This document shows, in pieces, positions 1-11,608 of a stretch of DNA of 64,000 nt; the first letter of the stretch is position 1, and every line of letters begins with the position of its first letter. The stretch spans positions 62,001-126,000 of the forward strand of contig NW_021835999.1 in NCBI RefSeq assembly GCF_006345805.1, given 5' to 3'. This DNA is from Octopus sinensis. Lineage: Eukaryota. Below the pieces are notes generated by a model that saw only the letters and a list, made by a program, of their open reading frames with translations, was not told where the DNA came from and did not search any database. Made by a program: the position numbers and the translations under genes.

Positions 1-660
1 AACCTTCCCCCAAAAAAATTAAAAAAAAATTTTCTGCATTTTGGTTAAAATGAACAACTACAATGTCCTCGACTTACATGATGAAGTCCTTAAAACCTTC
101 CCCCCAAAAAATTAAAAAAAATTTTCTGCATTTTGGTTAAAATGAACAACTACAATGTCCTCGACTTACATGATGAAGTCCTTAAAACCTTCCCCCCAAA
201 AAAAATTAAAAAAAAATTTTCTGCATTTTGGTTAAAATGAACAACTACAATGTCCTCGACTTACATGATGAAGTCCTTAAAACCTTCCCCCCAAACAAAT
301 TAAAAAAAAATTTTCTGCATTTTGGTTAAAATGAACAACTACAATGTCCTCGACTTACATGATGAAGTCCTTAAAACCTTCCCCCCAAAAAAAATTAAAA
401 AAAAATTTTCTGCATTTTGGTTAAAATGAACAACTACAATGTCCTCGACTTACAAGATGAAGTCCTTAAAACCTTCCCCCCAAAAAAAATTAAAAAAAAA
501 TTTTCTGCATTTTGGTTAAAATGAACAACTACAATGTCCTCGACTTACATGATGAAGTCCTTAAAACCTTTCCCCCAAAAATCAAAAATTATTTTCTGCA
601 TTTTGATTAAAATTAACAACGCGAATGTCCTCGACATTTATGATGAGGTCCATTAAAACC
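1..660. repeat. ~92-95 bp tandem minisatellite, ~6.5 units, inside Helitron copy 1
   Basis: Unit start AACCTT recurs at 1, 94, 186, 281, 375, 470, 565; differences mainly homopolymer length. Confidence 0.95.
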
Positions 661-944
661 TTCAAGGCAAAATCTCACGTATTAAGAATATCCTTGATGA
701 AAACGACAGCGAGAATATTAACAATGATGAACTCCCAATTATTCGCGATAAAGAAATTCAATTCATCCTATGTTTTTCTCTTTAAAATTAAATGCATATA
801 TCATTATCGACCATGAATCAAAATTAAAGCTATTATCATATTTGACTTTGACAGAAATTTTTTTTTATTTTTTTGGGGGGAAGGTTTTAAGGACCTCATC
901 ATGTAAGTCGAGGACATCGTATTGCCAATTTGAAGTTGGTGTGC

Positions 945-1011
945 ACACACAGACAGACAGACAGACAGACACACAGACAGACACACAGACAGACAGACAG
1001 ACAGACACACA
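945..1011. repeat. (CAGA/CACA)n microsatellite
   Basis: cacacacagacagacagac... seen directly; shorter counterpart at ~2659-2719. Confidence 0.9.
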
Positions 1012-1383
1012 CCATACCATTTTATTATTAAGATTTACTTGAGTTTTTCGTAAAGATAGAATTTATTTTCGGTATGCCTCTTTTCCTAAACTTTTTTATT
1101 ATTCAAAAATAATTTTTTAAATAGATAACCGAAGGAGGAAAAACGAAGCTGAAGAAAAAACGGTCAGCTTAATAAGGTAATTAATTAAATCTTTTTTGTG
1201 TGTCGCTTTTTTGTGTGTCGCTTTCTTGCCTGCCGAATTTCCGCCTGCCGCATCTCCCCCTGCCCCATTTCCGCCAGTAAAAAACAAAAAAATAAAAAAA
1301 GAAAAAAAGGAAATTACAAAGGAAAAATGAAAAAATTAAATATAAAAAAAATAAACCACAAAAAATGAAAAAAAAAGTTTGCA

Positions 1384-1569
1384 ATGACAATAAACAAGGC
1401 CCAGGGACAGTCATTAAAGGTAGTTGGGTTATTTTTAGAGAGTGAGTGCTTTTCACATGGACAGCTGTATGTGGGATGCTCGAGGGTAGGCAGAAGAGAA
1501 AATTTATTCATATATGCCACGGACGACAAACATCGTTTATCAACAGCCGATAGAATAGGGTTACATTAA
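1384..1569 (+). pseudogene. Helitron RepHel Pif1-family helicase C-terminal remnant
   Basis: [14 protein letters not shown]...[14 protein letters not shown] = Pif1/Helitron helicase motifs V-VI. Confidence 0.9.
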
Positions 1570-2119
1570 ACCAGGTAGTTTTATACATCTACATAAACTT
1601 ATAGTTGTTTGATGAAACAGGCCCTCCGCAGGAGCTAGGTCGCGGTGAGCGAAGCGAGCTGCCGAGCTAGTAGTTAATATTTTTACGCAAATTCTTCTGA
1701 TTGCGCTGTCAATTGGTGGTAAATTGTGTTAATGGTTGTGCTAATGTGGTTTCAACTATCAAAGTGTTTTTCAAAATCTGTTAATTGCACACTCTATTCA
1801 AGGTCGTGCGTCAATTGGTGGTAAATTGTGTTAATGATTGTGCTAATGTGGTTTCAACTATCAAAGTGGTTTTTCAAAATCTGTTAATTGCACACTCTAT
1901 TCAAAGTCGTGCAATCTGTGATTGCACATTCTGTCAAAGTCAAATATGATAATAGCTTTAATTTTGATTCATGGTCGATAATGATATATGCATTTAATTT
2001 TAAAGAGAAAAACATAGGATGAATTGAATTTCTTTATCGCGAATAATTGGGAGTTCATCATTGTTAATATTCTCGCTGTCGTTTTCATCAAGGATATTCT
2101 TAATACGTGAGATTTTTGC

Positions 2120-2632
2120 CTTGAAGGTTTTAATGGACCTCATCATGAATGTCGAGGACATTCGCGTTGTTAATTTTAATCAAAATGCAGAAAATAATTT
2201 TTTGATTTTTTGGGGGAAAGGTTTTAAGGACTTCATCATGTAAGTCGAGGACATTGTAGTTGTTCATTTTAACCAAAATGCAGAAAATTTTTTTTAATTT
2301 TTTTTGGGGGGAAGGTTTTAAGGACTTCATCTTGTAAGTCGAGGACATTGTAGTTGTTCATTTTAACCAAAATGCAGAAAATTTTTTTTTAATTTTTTTG
2401 GGGGGGAAGATTTTAAGGACTTCATCATGTAAGTCGAGGACATTGTAGTTGTTCATTTTAACCAAAATGCAGAAAATTTTTTTTTAATTTTTTTTGGGGG
2501 GGAAGGTTTTAAGGACTTCATCATGTAAGTCGAGGACATTGTAGTTGTTCATTTTAACCAAAATGCAGAAAATTTTTTTTTTATTTTTTTGGGGGAAGGT
2601 TTTAAGGACCTCATCATGTAAGTCGAGGACAT
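2120..2632. repeat. ~94 bp minisatellite, reverse complement of the 1-660 array (~5 units)
   Basis: Repeated GGAAGGTTTTAAGGACTTCATCATGTAAGTCGAGGACATTGTAG. Confidence 0.95.
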
Positions 2633-3090
2633 CGTATTGCCAATTTGAAGTTGGTGTGCACACACAGACAGACAGACAGACAGACACACAGACAGACACA
2701 CAGACAGACAGACACACACCATACCATTTTATTATTAAGATTTACTTGAGTTTTTCGTAAAGATAGAATTTATTTTCGGTATGCCTCTTTTCCTAAACTT
2801 TTTTATTATTCAAAAATAATTTTTTAAATAGATAACCGAAGGAGGAAAAACGAAGCTGAAGAAAAAACGGTCAGCTTAATAAGGTAATTAATTAAATCTT
2901 TTTTGTGTGTCGCTTTTTTGTGTGTCGCTTTCTTGCCTGCCGAATTTCCGCCTGCCGCATCTCCCCCTGCCCCATTTCCGCCAGTAAAAAACAAAAAAAT
3001 AAAAAAGAAAAAAAAGGAAATTACAAAGGAAAAATGAAAAAATTAAATATAAAAAAAATAAACCACAAAAAATGAAAAAAAAAGTTTGCA

Positions 3091-3276
3091 ATGACAATAA
3101 ACAAGGCCCAGGGACAGTCATTAAAGGTAGTTGGGTTATTTTTAGAGAGTGAGTGCTTTTCACATGGACAGCTGTATGTGGGATGCTCGAGGGTAGGCAG
3201 AAGAGAAAATTTATTCATATATGCCACGGACGACAAACATCGTTTATCAACAGCCGATAGAATAGGGTTACATTAA
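3091..3276 (+). pseudogene. Helitron helicase C-terminal remnant, copy 2
   Basis: Same translation as 1384-1569. Confidence 0.9.
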
Positions 3277-3657
3277 ACCAGGTAGTTTTATACATCTACA
3301 TAAACTTATAGTTGTTTGATGAAACAGGCCCTCCGCAGGAGCTAGGTCGCGGTGAGCGAAGCGAGCTGCCGAGCTAGTTACTTAATATACATTCAAAATA
3401 CGCTATTTTGACATGAACAAATCAATTAAATACATTAAATGACGTAATAAAGTTTGAAAATCCTATTTTTTACTCCATGAAAGATAACACCTTTGTCATC
3501 ATCGGCCCGAATTATGCGATTGAGATAAACCTGAATAGCTGAATGTACTTTTTATACGATTTGTCCAAAAACCTTCAATGTGAGCAAAAAATTTTAAAAA
3601 ATGCGCTTATTTGTGTAATTAAAGAAATTACAAAACAACTCAATAAATTATAAAATA

Positions 3658-6600
3658 TCACTCGTATGAGTTCAAATAAGTAACAAATCTTCTGACGCAT
3701 TTACGCTTCCCCCAATGCTTCACATTTTTCTCTGGGAGAAGAACTGGCTCGCTATTTCTACACAGCTGACCTTTCAGATACGCAAGTCCTGCATTAACAA
3801 ATCCAAACAAATTCTACAATTTCTCACAAAAAATAACCTTTCTCTCCTCCAAAACAGATTGGACATTTTTAATCAGACTGTAAACAAGACTCTGTGCAGA
3901 GACATCGACAGTCATCCTCAAATGATGCACCCGCAACAAAAAGAATATACAGGAACACTCAAATTCGACTCTGAGTGACCGCTCCTTGATACTCCCCAAC
4001 AAAACAGTCATCAACTCAATAGCGTAAGAATAGGGGAGTAGAACGAGGCACCGATCTAACTCTGACGGCCTCACTGAAGAGAGGACCGTCATCAAATACT
4101 CCTCCGCTGTTTCGACACCATATGACATCATCCACTCACTCAGACGGTAATCCTCCAATCCTCGTCTCCCAACCTCGGCACGATATCGCTCAATTGCATC
4201 ATTCAACTTCTCGCTCTCATCCAACGTAGAACACGTCATTTTCCCCGCGATTTCAACATCTCCGGGAACATTTCCAGGCACAACTCGGTCGTCGTCCTCG
4301 TAATCTATTTTCCCCAATTCATCTTGTTCGTCTTCCTTCGGAATGTGGATATCCTGTGTTCGACTCCACAACCGGAGAGAACTGTCCGAGGATGCAGTGA
4401 AGACATATCCCCCACAATTGCTCACAGAAAACGACCAAATTGATCCAAAGTGTCTCTACAACACTGAAAACGTACTTTTACCTCCAATGAAAGAATTCGC
4501 TCAAAATTGTCAGCATTCCACTGTTTGAGTGTACCGTCCTTCGAAGCCGAGAAAAAGTAATGAGTATTGGACACAAATTTCAAACAAGTAATGCTAAAAT
4601 AGTAAATAAACATTTCACCTGTCAGTATGGCCCACCATCCTCTTGACACAATCCCCAAAATCAACCCCCCAAATCCGAATCAGTTTCTCAGCCCCACCCG
4701 ACACAATAAATCGTGAATCATCAGACATGTCAATAGCCAATTCGGGCAGAGAATAACCATACAACTTGTGTAGTAACTACAATTCATATAATCACACACA
4801 CCTTAAGGGTATCAACAAAACATATCCTGACTGTATTATTGAGTAAAGAAATAGCAATGTATTTGCCATCCTTGCTCAATTTTACTGCTAAAACTTCGTC
4901 CTCCTGGTCGAATGTCCTTCCCAACTTTATTGTCAGTTTACTCCTAAAAGTCATATTTATATACAAACCCAGAATTGTCCTCCATCATAACCAAATCCCA
5001 AAACTTGACTGTTTTGTCTCCACTTCCGGTTGCTACTGACCTCTTTTAAAATGAAAAGAAAAACCAACTAAATCGGAGGAAATGTCAATCGACCAGACCG
5101 GTCCTTGATGGATTTGAACAACCTCCTTTGACTGATCACCCAACACATCAAATATCTCAATATGTCCCCTCTTTGTCCCAACAAGGACATATCTGTTACC
5201 TGGGGCCACCATCATACAAGTGGACTCCCCGCATGGAAGTGTCCTCGTGCAAGTCCGACTTGGCCTGTGCCACACTTTGAGGGAATCAGAACTGGCCGAG
5301 ACCAGACTCATATTGTCCTCAGAAATGGCAACTGCCCGCACAATGGAACGGTGAGACAGTCCATCCAGTGCTGTCCTCACTTCCATTTGAATCACTCCTC
5401 CATCCACAGTCACGTGATATACTTCCAATGTGTTGCACGTGTAGCTGACACACAAGAGATATCCATTTGTGTGTGCTGATATATCACAACTGCTTATTTT
5501 GCCCTTCATTTGGAATGTTTTGTTACGACGGATTATATCCAACTGAGGACTCTCGTCAGTTTTTTGTCTATTCTGATTATATGACTACAAAACCTTTTTG
5601 CTTTGTGCTTTTTTGCTCTTTTTTTTATTAAACTTTTTAATTCCTTCTCCGACCCCACCACCAATAATAATTGCAATTTTTTTCCTCCATTCTAAATAAT
5701 TATTTAGTAACAACATGGCAGGCAATGAGCGTATTGGTCGTGTCTACGGCCATGTCTGTTGTCCCTTTCTCAAAACCCCTTTCAATGTCTCCAAGTTCTT
5801 CTAACGTCAACAAATTATTTAAATCTGACGACAATGACTCATTTTCTTTTGGAAAATAAACGATTGGTTTATCCAAATAGTAATCATCATTAAACTAATT
5901 AATATTAATAAATCAATTAAATTTTTGTTAATTAATAAAATAAATACTTTAATTTTAAAACACTTGATGTGGGGCACACTCCTTGAGGCAACAAAAAGGC
6001 AATTTAAAGACTGCAGAAATACAATTCCGCTACAATGAGAGCAGTTCTGAATAACTTGAGTCTTAAAACAATGTTTGCTGCTCAATTCCCAGAACTTGAG
6101 AACCCCTTCATTAGAACTACACCTCATTAGATTGGAAAACCAAGTCACGACCACATTTTCCGACAAAAAAGCCAACCCAGTGACTGGATTTCGATGCCCT
6201 CTGAGTTTATACAGCCCCGACTGTGCCACAACGTCCCACACAGCCACAGTGCAGTCCTAAAGTCCATTTATTAGTCCAAACATACAAGAGAAATCGAGAC
6301 AAACTTAAGACCGTCATTTTCGAACAAAATATCAGTTATTGATGACTTATGGGCGGGAAAAATCATCAAAAGATCGCCTTTTGAAATTTCGTACAGTTTT
6401 AGTGTGCCGTCGTCGTATCCCCCACATAGGTGGAGGGGATTTGTGCTCTGCCTTACTAAGACGACTTGGGATTGGTCTCCTTCGAGTTTTAATTCCTTAA
6501 ATTAATATTTTTTATTTACTTTTTCTCTTTTTCTGAGATTCCATATGATAATGTTTTCACATGACCCACAAGCGATGTATTCGTGATTTGTGCCTTTGTA

Positions 6601-6690
6601 TTTTATGAATATTGCATTGGATTTGGATGAACAGACTGTTCCGAATGAGTCGCTGTGTTCGTATTTTAAATATTGTTTTAATAATGGCAT
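3658..6690 (-). CDS. WDR3: WD repeat protein 3 / UTP12-DIP2 (SSU processome), multi-exon, copy 1
   Basis: MPLLKQYLKY N-terminus, WDVVAQSGLYKLRGH, HRSIVRAVAISED, ASKDGTLKQW, Utp12 C-terminal VRPSELDRCLVLLPYS; GT-AG introns e.g. 6496-6519 and 6117-6140 (24 nt each). Confidence 0.9.
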
Positions 6691-6829
6691 TTTGTGTTGT
6701 TTTTATATTAAATATAAATATTGATTTAAAACAGACGTTATTCACACACGAGAACGGAGGTCACGTTTAAGTATTTAAATTGATTATTTTTATTTTCCGT
6801 ATAACTCGATATTGATTTAGAAATTAATT

Positions 6830-7858
6830 ATATTATTATATTATACTTTCGGTATTGACTCTGCCATACAAAAAGGCGATTCTACTTTTAACATAATTTT
6901 CACCCTTTGCTAAATTGGACTGGAACAAGTACGTGTTTATAAATATATCTTTTTCGCTCAAAAAGTTTGGCTTCGCATCTGACAACCACACGCATTGATG
7001 ATGTTCTTTTCCTGGAAGCCAACTCGCCAAAGCCAACTCAATAAGGCTCTATCTGAGAAATCCAAATGGGTTAGTCCTCCATACCGGTGTTTGCCGGTGC
7101 CTTCAAATCCTCCACCAGGATGTTGTAATTTCGAGAAAAAAATAAGGTTGCTAAGTTCTGGTATAAACCGTCTTATTGCTGAGCCTTTTATGTTATTTGG
7201 AGGCTAGATTACGTCGAAGTTGGTCTGTATAGAACAATTCTAGATTGAAATTATACGTATCAACAAATCCGCACGTGCCTCCTTGTAGAGAAAAATAGAA
7301 TAAAAATTATATAATGTATCTGTACGCTTTAGCTACTTTTCCTTAGGCTACGTAGTGCGCTTTTTGCATGCATTTTTTGCATAATTGCGTCTTGTTCATT
7401 TCCCAATAGAGATCCAAATTTCTCAACTTTTTTTGATTGTTTATCCAACTTAGACATTTGTCTTACAAGTTCAATAAATTCTGTTTTATTCACATTCTGA
7501 ATGACTTAGAAAGTTTATTTAGCATTACCTCCAATAGACTTTCCATAGCATTCCTGTCTGAGGAAATAAAATCCACGTCATTTCTGCATACCACATCTTT
7601 TCTTAATAGTATGGTTTTAATTCTTTTAATTTAGTTTCCAGACAAACAGCATAGGAGATAACGGATCCTCTTGAGGTGTTCCGATGTTGTTTCGAGTGGC
7701 TTAGACCACTTGTCTCGTACCCTGACCAATAGATAAGTTTTTGATAAGAGTGCCCTGATCTTTTGTGTAAAAGATTTGTCAATCAATTCTGTAATTACAT
7801 CCATCAATTTCTGACGATTGATCGAGTCAAAGCTCTTGACTATCGATTCCGACAATGT
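6830..7858 (-). mobile_element. Degenerate RTE-like LINE reverse transcriptase 3' fragment
   Basis: SFDSINRQKL..., DPLSP-like and NDVDF (YADD-like) motifs broken by stops and frameshifts; resembles 61928-62400. Confidence 0.6.
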
Positions 7859-7859
7859 T

Positions 7860-8245
7860 TATTGTAAAGACATTTTATTGACCAAAGGACCAGGGTAAGC
7901 CAGTTAATTATAATCCCCCGTGATCCCCGATTCATACAAGCGAATTAGATCCTTCTGAAAGGTTCGATCCTGCCCACAATGATCGGACTGAGACGACAAT
8001 GTCCCAGGGTCAGAGTTCTAGAAGTCCTTTTTGGTAGGCATTAAGTGCCTCCTGAGCGTTTCCATATCCGATTGGAAGTTCCAACTGACATGGTGGACCC
8101 CTAAGACCGGAAGGAAGGTAAGAGATCCCCATTTTTCAACTGTGTCGTGCCAGAAGGACTCATTGGCAAGGGAACAATAACGAGAATTGACCCCAGCTGG
8201 AAAACTAGCCTCTTTCGGATTCGAACCCACGACTGTCCAGATCCA
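7860..8245 (-). mobile_element. tRNA-derived SINE-like element (5' truncated)
   Basis: Minus strand has B-box GTGGGTTCGAATCC near the 5' end; body homologous to 45764-45981, which has a (TAA)n tail and TSD. Confidence 0.65.
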
Positions 8246-9467
8246 TTATAAAAACAAAAAAGAATAATTATTACTGATGGTCTTTTTTGGACAAAATTTG
8301 CTATTTTCAGGCTGTCCTAGTTATAGGGTTTTCCGAGCTTTAACGTCGAAGACGCAACGATTAGTTTTGACGTATCAAATTTTAGTGTTAATGTATTAAG
8401 CGGAAAACTCTATATTAATATATTTCGAAATTTTTTGTCATCTATTTATAATTCATTTCATTCGTTCCCGACGCGGAGAGTCACTGTCTCTCATCCAGCA
8501 TAAATTATGGTAGAATCTCTTGACACGATGTCGTACAAAAGAGATCAGTGGAATGGTTCCAAAACTTACGGTTTATATTATTTTATATGTTAGATTTTTC
8601 TAAAATGCAATCGGACAATTTATAACACTCAATTTTTCATTTATAACGGAAATTGCTTAATTTGAAATAACAAAAGATGTGGACTTTTAAAATCGCATAA
8701 CTTCGTTCTTAATCACTCCATACGTGCACTGTCTTCCATTTTTTGTCAGATAAAAAACTCTTATAAAATAACAATTTCTATTAATCAACTTTACAATAAA
8801 TAAAATATTATAAACTTGATAATTTCTAGTGCTTCTATGGGCGTGGAGGTTTTGTTTCAACTTAAATTATTAGGATATAATCAGAACAAAGTTAAATAAT
8901 GAATTTAATGTTTTTTGTTAAGTTGACCATTTTTTAGCCTGTCGTTTTGGAGGTCATAAACGAAAGTGAGTTATTTGGCCAACCAAAATGTACTTAATCC
9001 TTATTTATTTAAGCTTCCGAAAGAAATTTCAAAGTCGTTGTAGTCTCGGACAAATTTGTGGGACTCCAATTAGTTGAGGTGACCTCGTGAATATTTAGGC
9101 TGCAGAGACATCGGGCTATAAATAACTTACTTGAGGAAGAATTGTCCACATCAGTTCACTCTCTGTCCATCACTGTATTGACTTTTACTGATATTCCATT
9201 AGGCACGAACAGTGGAGCAGTGGAATAGATCATCACAAGTCAAACAAACCCCAACTTGCAATCCGTAAATCTTACTGTCTGTTTTGTCCAATTATTTGTG
9301 TCACTTTTTCCATCAATTTTTATTAAAGTCACTTATTTAATAAAATTAGTCTGAAATAAGAATAAAGTCATTGTAGGCATTATATTTTGAGGAAACAGGA
9401 TTGAATAGATTAATACAATTTATATTTTTAGAGTATTTAGAATATTAGTAAATGTATTATGTAATAT

Positions 9468-10065
9468 CTATGTTTTATGGCAATTTGAGCTTTTGATTAA
9501 ACGTCTTAATTTTGTATGAAATGTTGTGATTATTTCATCAGGAGTAATGAACCCGTCGTCTAAAAATGAGTTTATTTATTTCACGATTTTTATCCTGGGT
9601 TTTGTGCCACCGAAATAACTCTTGTTGAGTCACTGACCCGTCCCGGTTCTTGTCGAGGGGGTTACTTGCAGACATGCTTCATATTTAGGGATTCCAGCTT
9701 CGATGTAACATTTTTTAATTTCGTCGGAGTTGACTTTGTGATCACCGACTTTAGCTTATAATGAATATTAAACTAGAAATAGGGATTTCGAATTTCTGTG
9801 GACATTTTACAAAAAATAATTCCAAATGTTCCCCTAAAGATAGTTTATTGTCATTATTTTCATCAGCGAGAGCAAAAATTTTCATGTTTATTTCTCTGTT
9901 GTCGACAAAATTTTCTTGCAAGTTAATAATATCCAAAATCCGTTTTAGTTGCTTTATATCCCGCTCACTTTTGTAGTTTGGTTGATTTTCACTCAAAAAT
10001 GTATCAAAACTGATCTACCTTAAAAAGACTAAAAAAAATAAAAATAATATTTCTTTATGATTCAT
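9468..10065 (-). CDS. Small multi-EF-hand calcium-binding protein with hydrophobic signal-like N-terminus, copy 1
   Basis: EF loops ADENNDNKLSLGE and DKN(H)DGFITPDE across short introns; MNHKEILFLFFLVFL N-terminus; exon structure partly inferred. Confidence 0.55.
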
Positions 10066-10680
10066 ATAATGACGATTCTAGAAAGAAAATTTATACTTTA
10101 TCATTAACACATGTTTTTAAACATATGTTTGACCCTAATTTGCATAAATGATTATTGAGTCAATTATTGAAAAATATCTGATTTCATCTAATTTTTTATT
10201 TCATAATCACGGCAGTCCGATTCAAAAAAAAGTATTGACGCAAGTTGAAGTATTTCAAATTTATGAATAAATATTGATTATCTTGTCAACTTAACAAAAT
10301 TTATCTTATAACTAAGGTCCTTGAATATTGTGATTTTGTATTTTTTATCAAATAAATTAAATTTATCTACGCCTATAAACAAACCACATTAATTTTAATG
10401 TAGAATTCAAAAATTCGTACATTAGGTACTGCCACTGAATCATAATTTTTTACTATATCTTCCAAAATAGAAAAAACAAAATATCGAAGAAACTTAGAGA
10501 AATAACCACATTTTATTACATAAATTGAATTCGGAATGTTTATCGATTACTCATTGATTAAAAAATAAGATACAATATAAAAACTAAGAAATTCTATATT
10601 TTCCAAAAGAAACGTTTTTATTTGAGTTGTTACGGATATAGAAGAACAGAATTAGAACAGGAAATGTCACAAAAAACATC

Positions 10681-11544
10681 ATGGATAAAAAAAAAATGTC
10701 AGTTGATCACGTGGCCGCTTTGGACCTGTGGGATTCATTGTACAACAAAAGACCCAGTGACCCGTGTATCCAAGCTCAATGGGATGCCATTTCTTGTGAA
10801 GCTCTTGACGTACATCTACGCAAAAATTTCGATCAGCACAGACTTGCATGTCTCCGCGCAGGCTGCTGCACAGGGAGTGGGGCCTGGCTGGATGCTCTCC
10901 CTGTCCCTTCCACCGGTAACTTACTAGACAAAGATTGCCTACGAATTGGTTTATCATTGCGTCTTGGATTGGAAATCTGCGAAATACACAAATGTCGTTG
11001 TGGTGCTGTCATTGACCGTTTTGGTCTACATCCCCTTTCCTGTCGTCGCAGTGCAGGGCGCGCACCACGCCATGCAGCACTTAACGACGTTATTCAGAGG
11101 GGGCTCACGGCCGCTGGGATTCCATCAATCCTCGAACCCGTCGGGCTTGCGAGGGGAGACGGAAAAAGACCCGACGGCCTATCGACTTTCCCGTTTGAGT
11201 TCGGCAAGTCTCTGTTATGGGATGCGACGTGTTCAGACACTTTCTCGGAGCTCAACCTTCCTTCTTCAGCTGTCGAGCCTGGCTCAGTCTCTCGCAAAAC
11301 CGAGAAGATGAAGATTGGAAAGTACAAGGAGCTCTCTGAACGGTATCTGTTCACTCCCATCGCCGTCGAGACTTCCGGCGTCATCGGCGAAAAGTCTCTT
11401 TCCTTTCTAAAAAAGCTTGGCCGCATGATCTCCCATAAACGGGGAGACCCACGCGAGTCCAAGTGGCTTTTCGAAAGGATTTCCTTGGCCATAGTACGTG
11501 GAAACTGTGTTTCCATTTACGAGGCCGGAAATTTAGTTAGTTAA
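10681..11544 (+). CDS. Zinc knuckle plus RLE (PD-(D/E)xK) endonuclease C-terminal ORF of CRE-like element
   Basis: CRCG..ID.FGLHPLSC, RH..LND, GKRPDG, WDATC, PIAVETSG motifs; open for 287 aa. Confidence 0.8.
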   Translation: MDKKKMSVDHVAALDLWDSLYNKRPSDPCIQAQWDAISCEALDVHLRKNFDQHRLACLRAGCCTGSGAWLDALPVPSTGNLLDKDCLRIGLSLRLGLEICEIHKCRCGAVIDRFGLHPLSCRRSAGRAPRHAALNDVIQRGLTAAGIPSILEPVGLARGDGKRPDGLSTFPFEFGKSLLWDATCSDTFSELNLPSSAVEPGSVSRKTEKMKIGKYKELSERYLFTPIAVETSGVIGEKSLSFLKKLGRMISHKRGDPRESKWLFERISLAIVRGNCVSIYEAGNLVS

Positions 11545-11608
11545 TAACTATTTGTTAATTACATTTAACTTTTTGACAAAAAAAAAACTTTATTTCAAAA
11601 AAAAAAAA
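10687..11608 (+). mobile_element. 5'-truncated CRE-like non-LTR retrotransposon (restriction-like endonuclease)
   Basis: TSD ATCATGGAT at 10678-10686 and 11609-11617, poly(A) tail, absent at the paralogous site ~39714. Confidence 0.9.

Larger units (their letters stand above)
1..1670 (+). mobile_element. Non-autonomous Helitron copy 1 (5' part outside window; internal segment 1-856 inverted)
   Basis: Ends ...GAGCGAAGCGAGCTGCCGAGCTAG|T (GC hairpin then CTAG at 1667-1670); carries Pif1-like helicase C-terminal remnant, (GACA)n microsatellite and minisatellite; 857-1670 nearly identical to ~2570-3377. Confidence 0.8.
1671..3377 (+). mobile_element. Non-autonomous Helitron copy 2, head-to-tail with copy 1 (5' boundary approximate)
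   Basis: Same hairpin and CTAG end at 3374-3377 followed by T; helicase remnant 3091-3276; ~102-bp tandem duplication 1709-1912; minisatellite ~2120-2632. Confidence 0.8.

Noticed and set aside
1-660. CRISPR-like regularly spaced repeats
   Set aside because: Whole units repeat with no unique spacers, no cas genes, eukaryotic context; this is a minisatellite
770-1456. ORFs with SVCL/TQTD repeats or poly-Phe
   Set aside because: Translations of microsatellite and homopolymer tracts within the Helitron
8205-8245. tRNA gene
   Set aside because: Only a T-loop/B-box is visible; no acceptor stem, D arm or anticodon arm; runs into a SINE-like body
9000-9340. Possible coding remnant on the minus strand
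   Set aside because: No recognisable domain or consistent frame
9994-10030. In-frame TAG in the EF-hand gene suggesting readthrough, a variant code or a 15-nt intron
   Set aside because: A 27-nt GT-AG intron (GTAGATC...TTTGAG) removes the stop and fits the local intron size; other genes use standard stops
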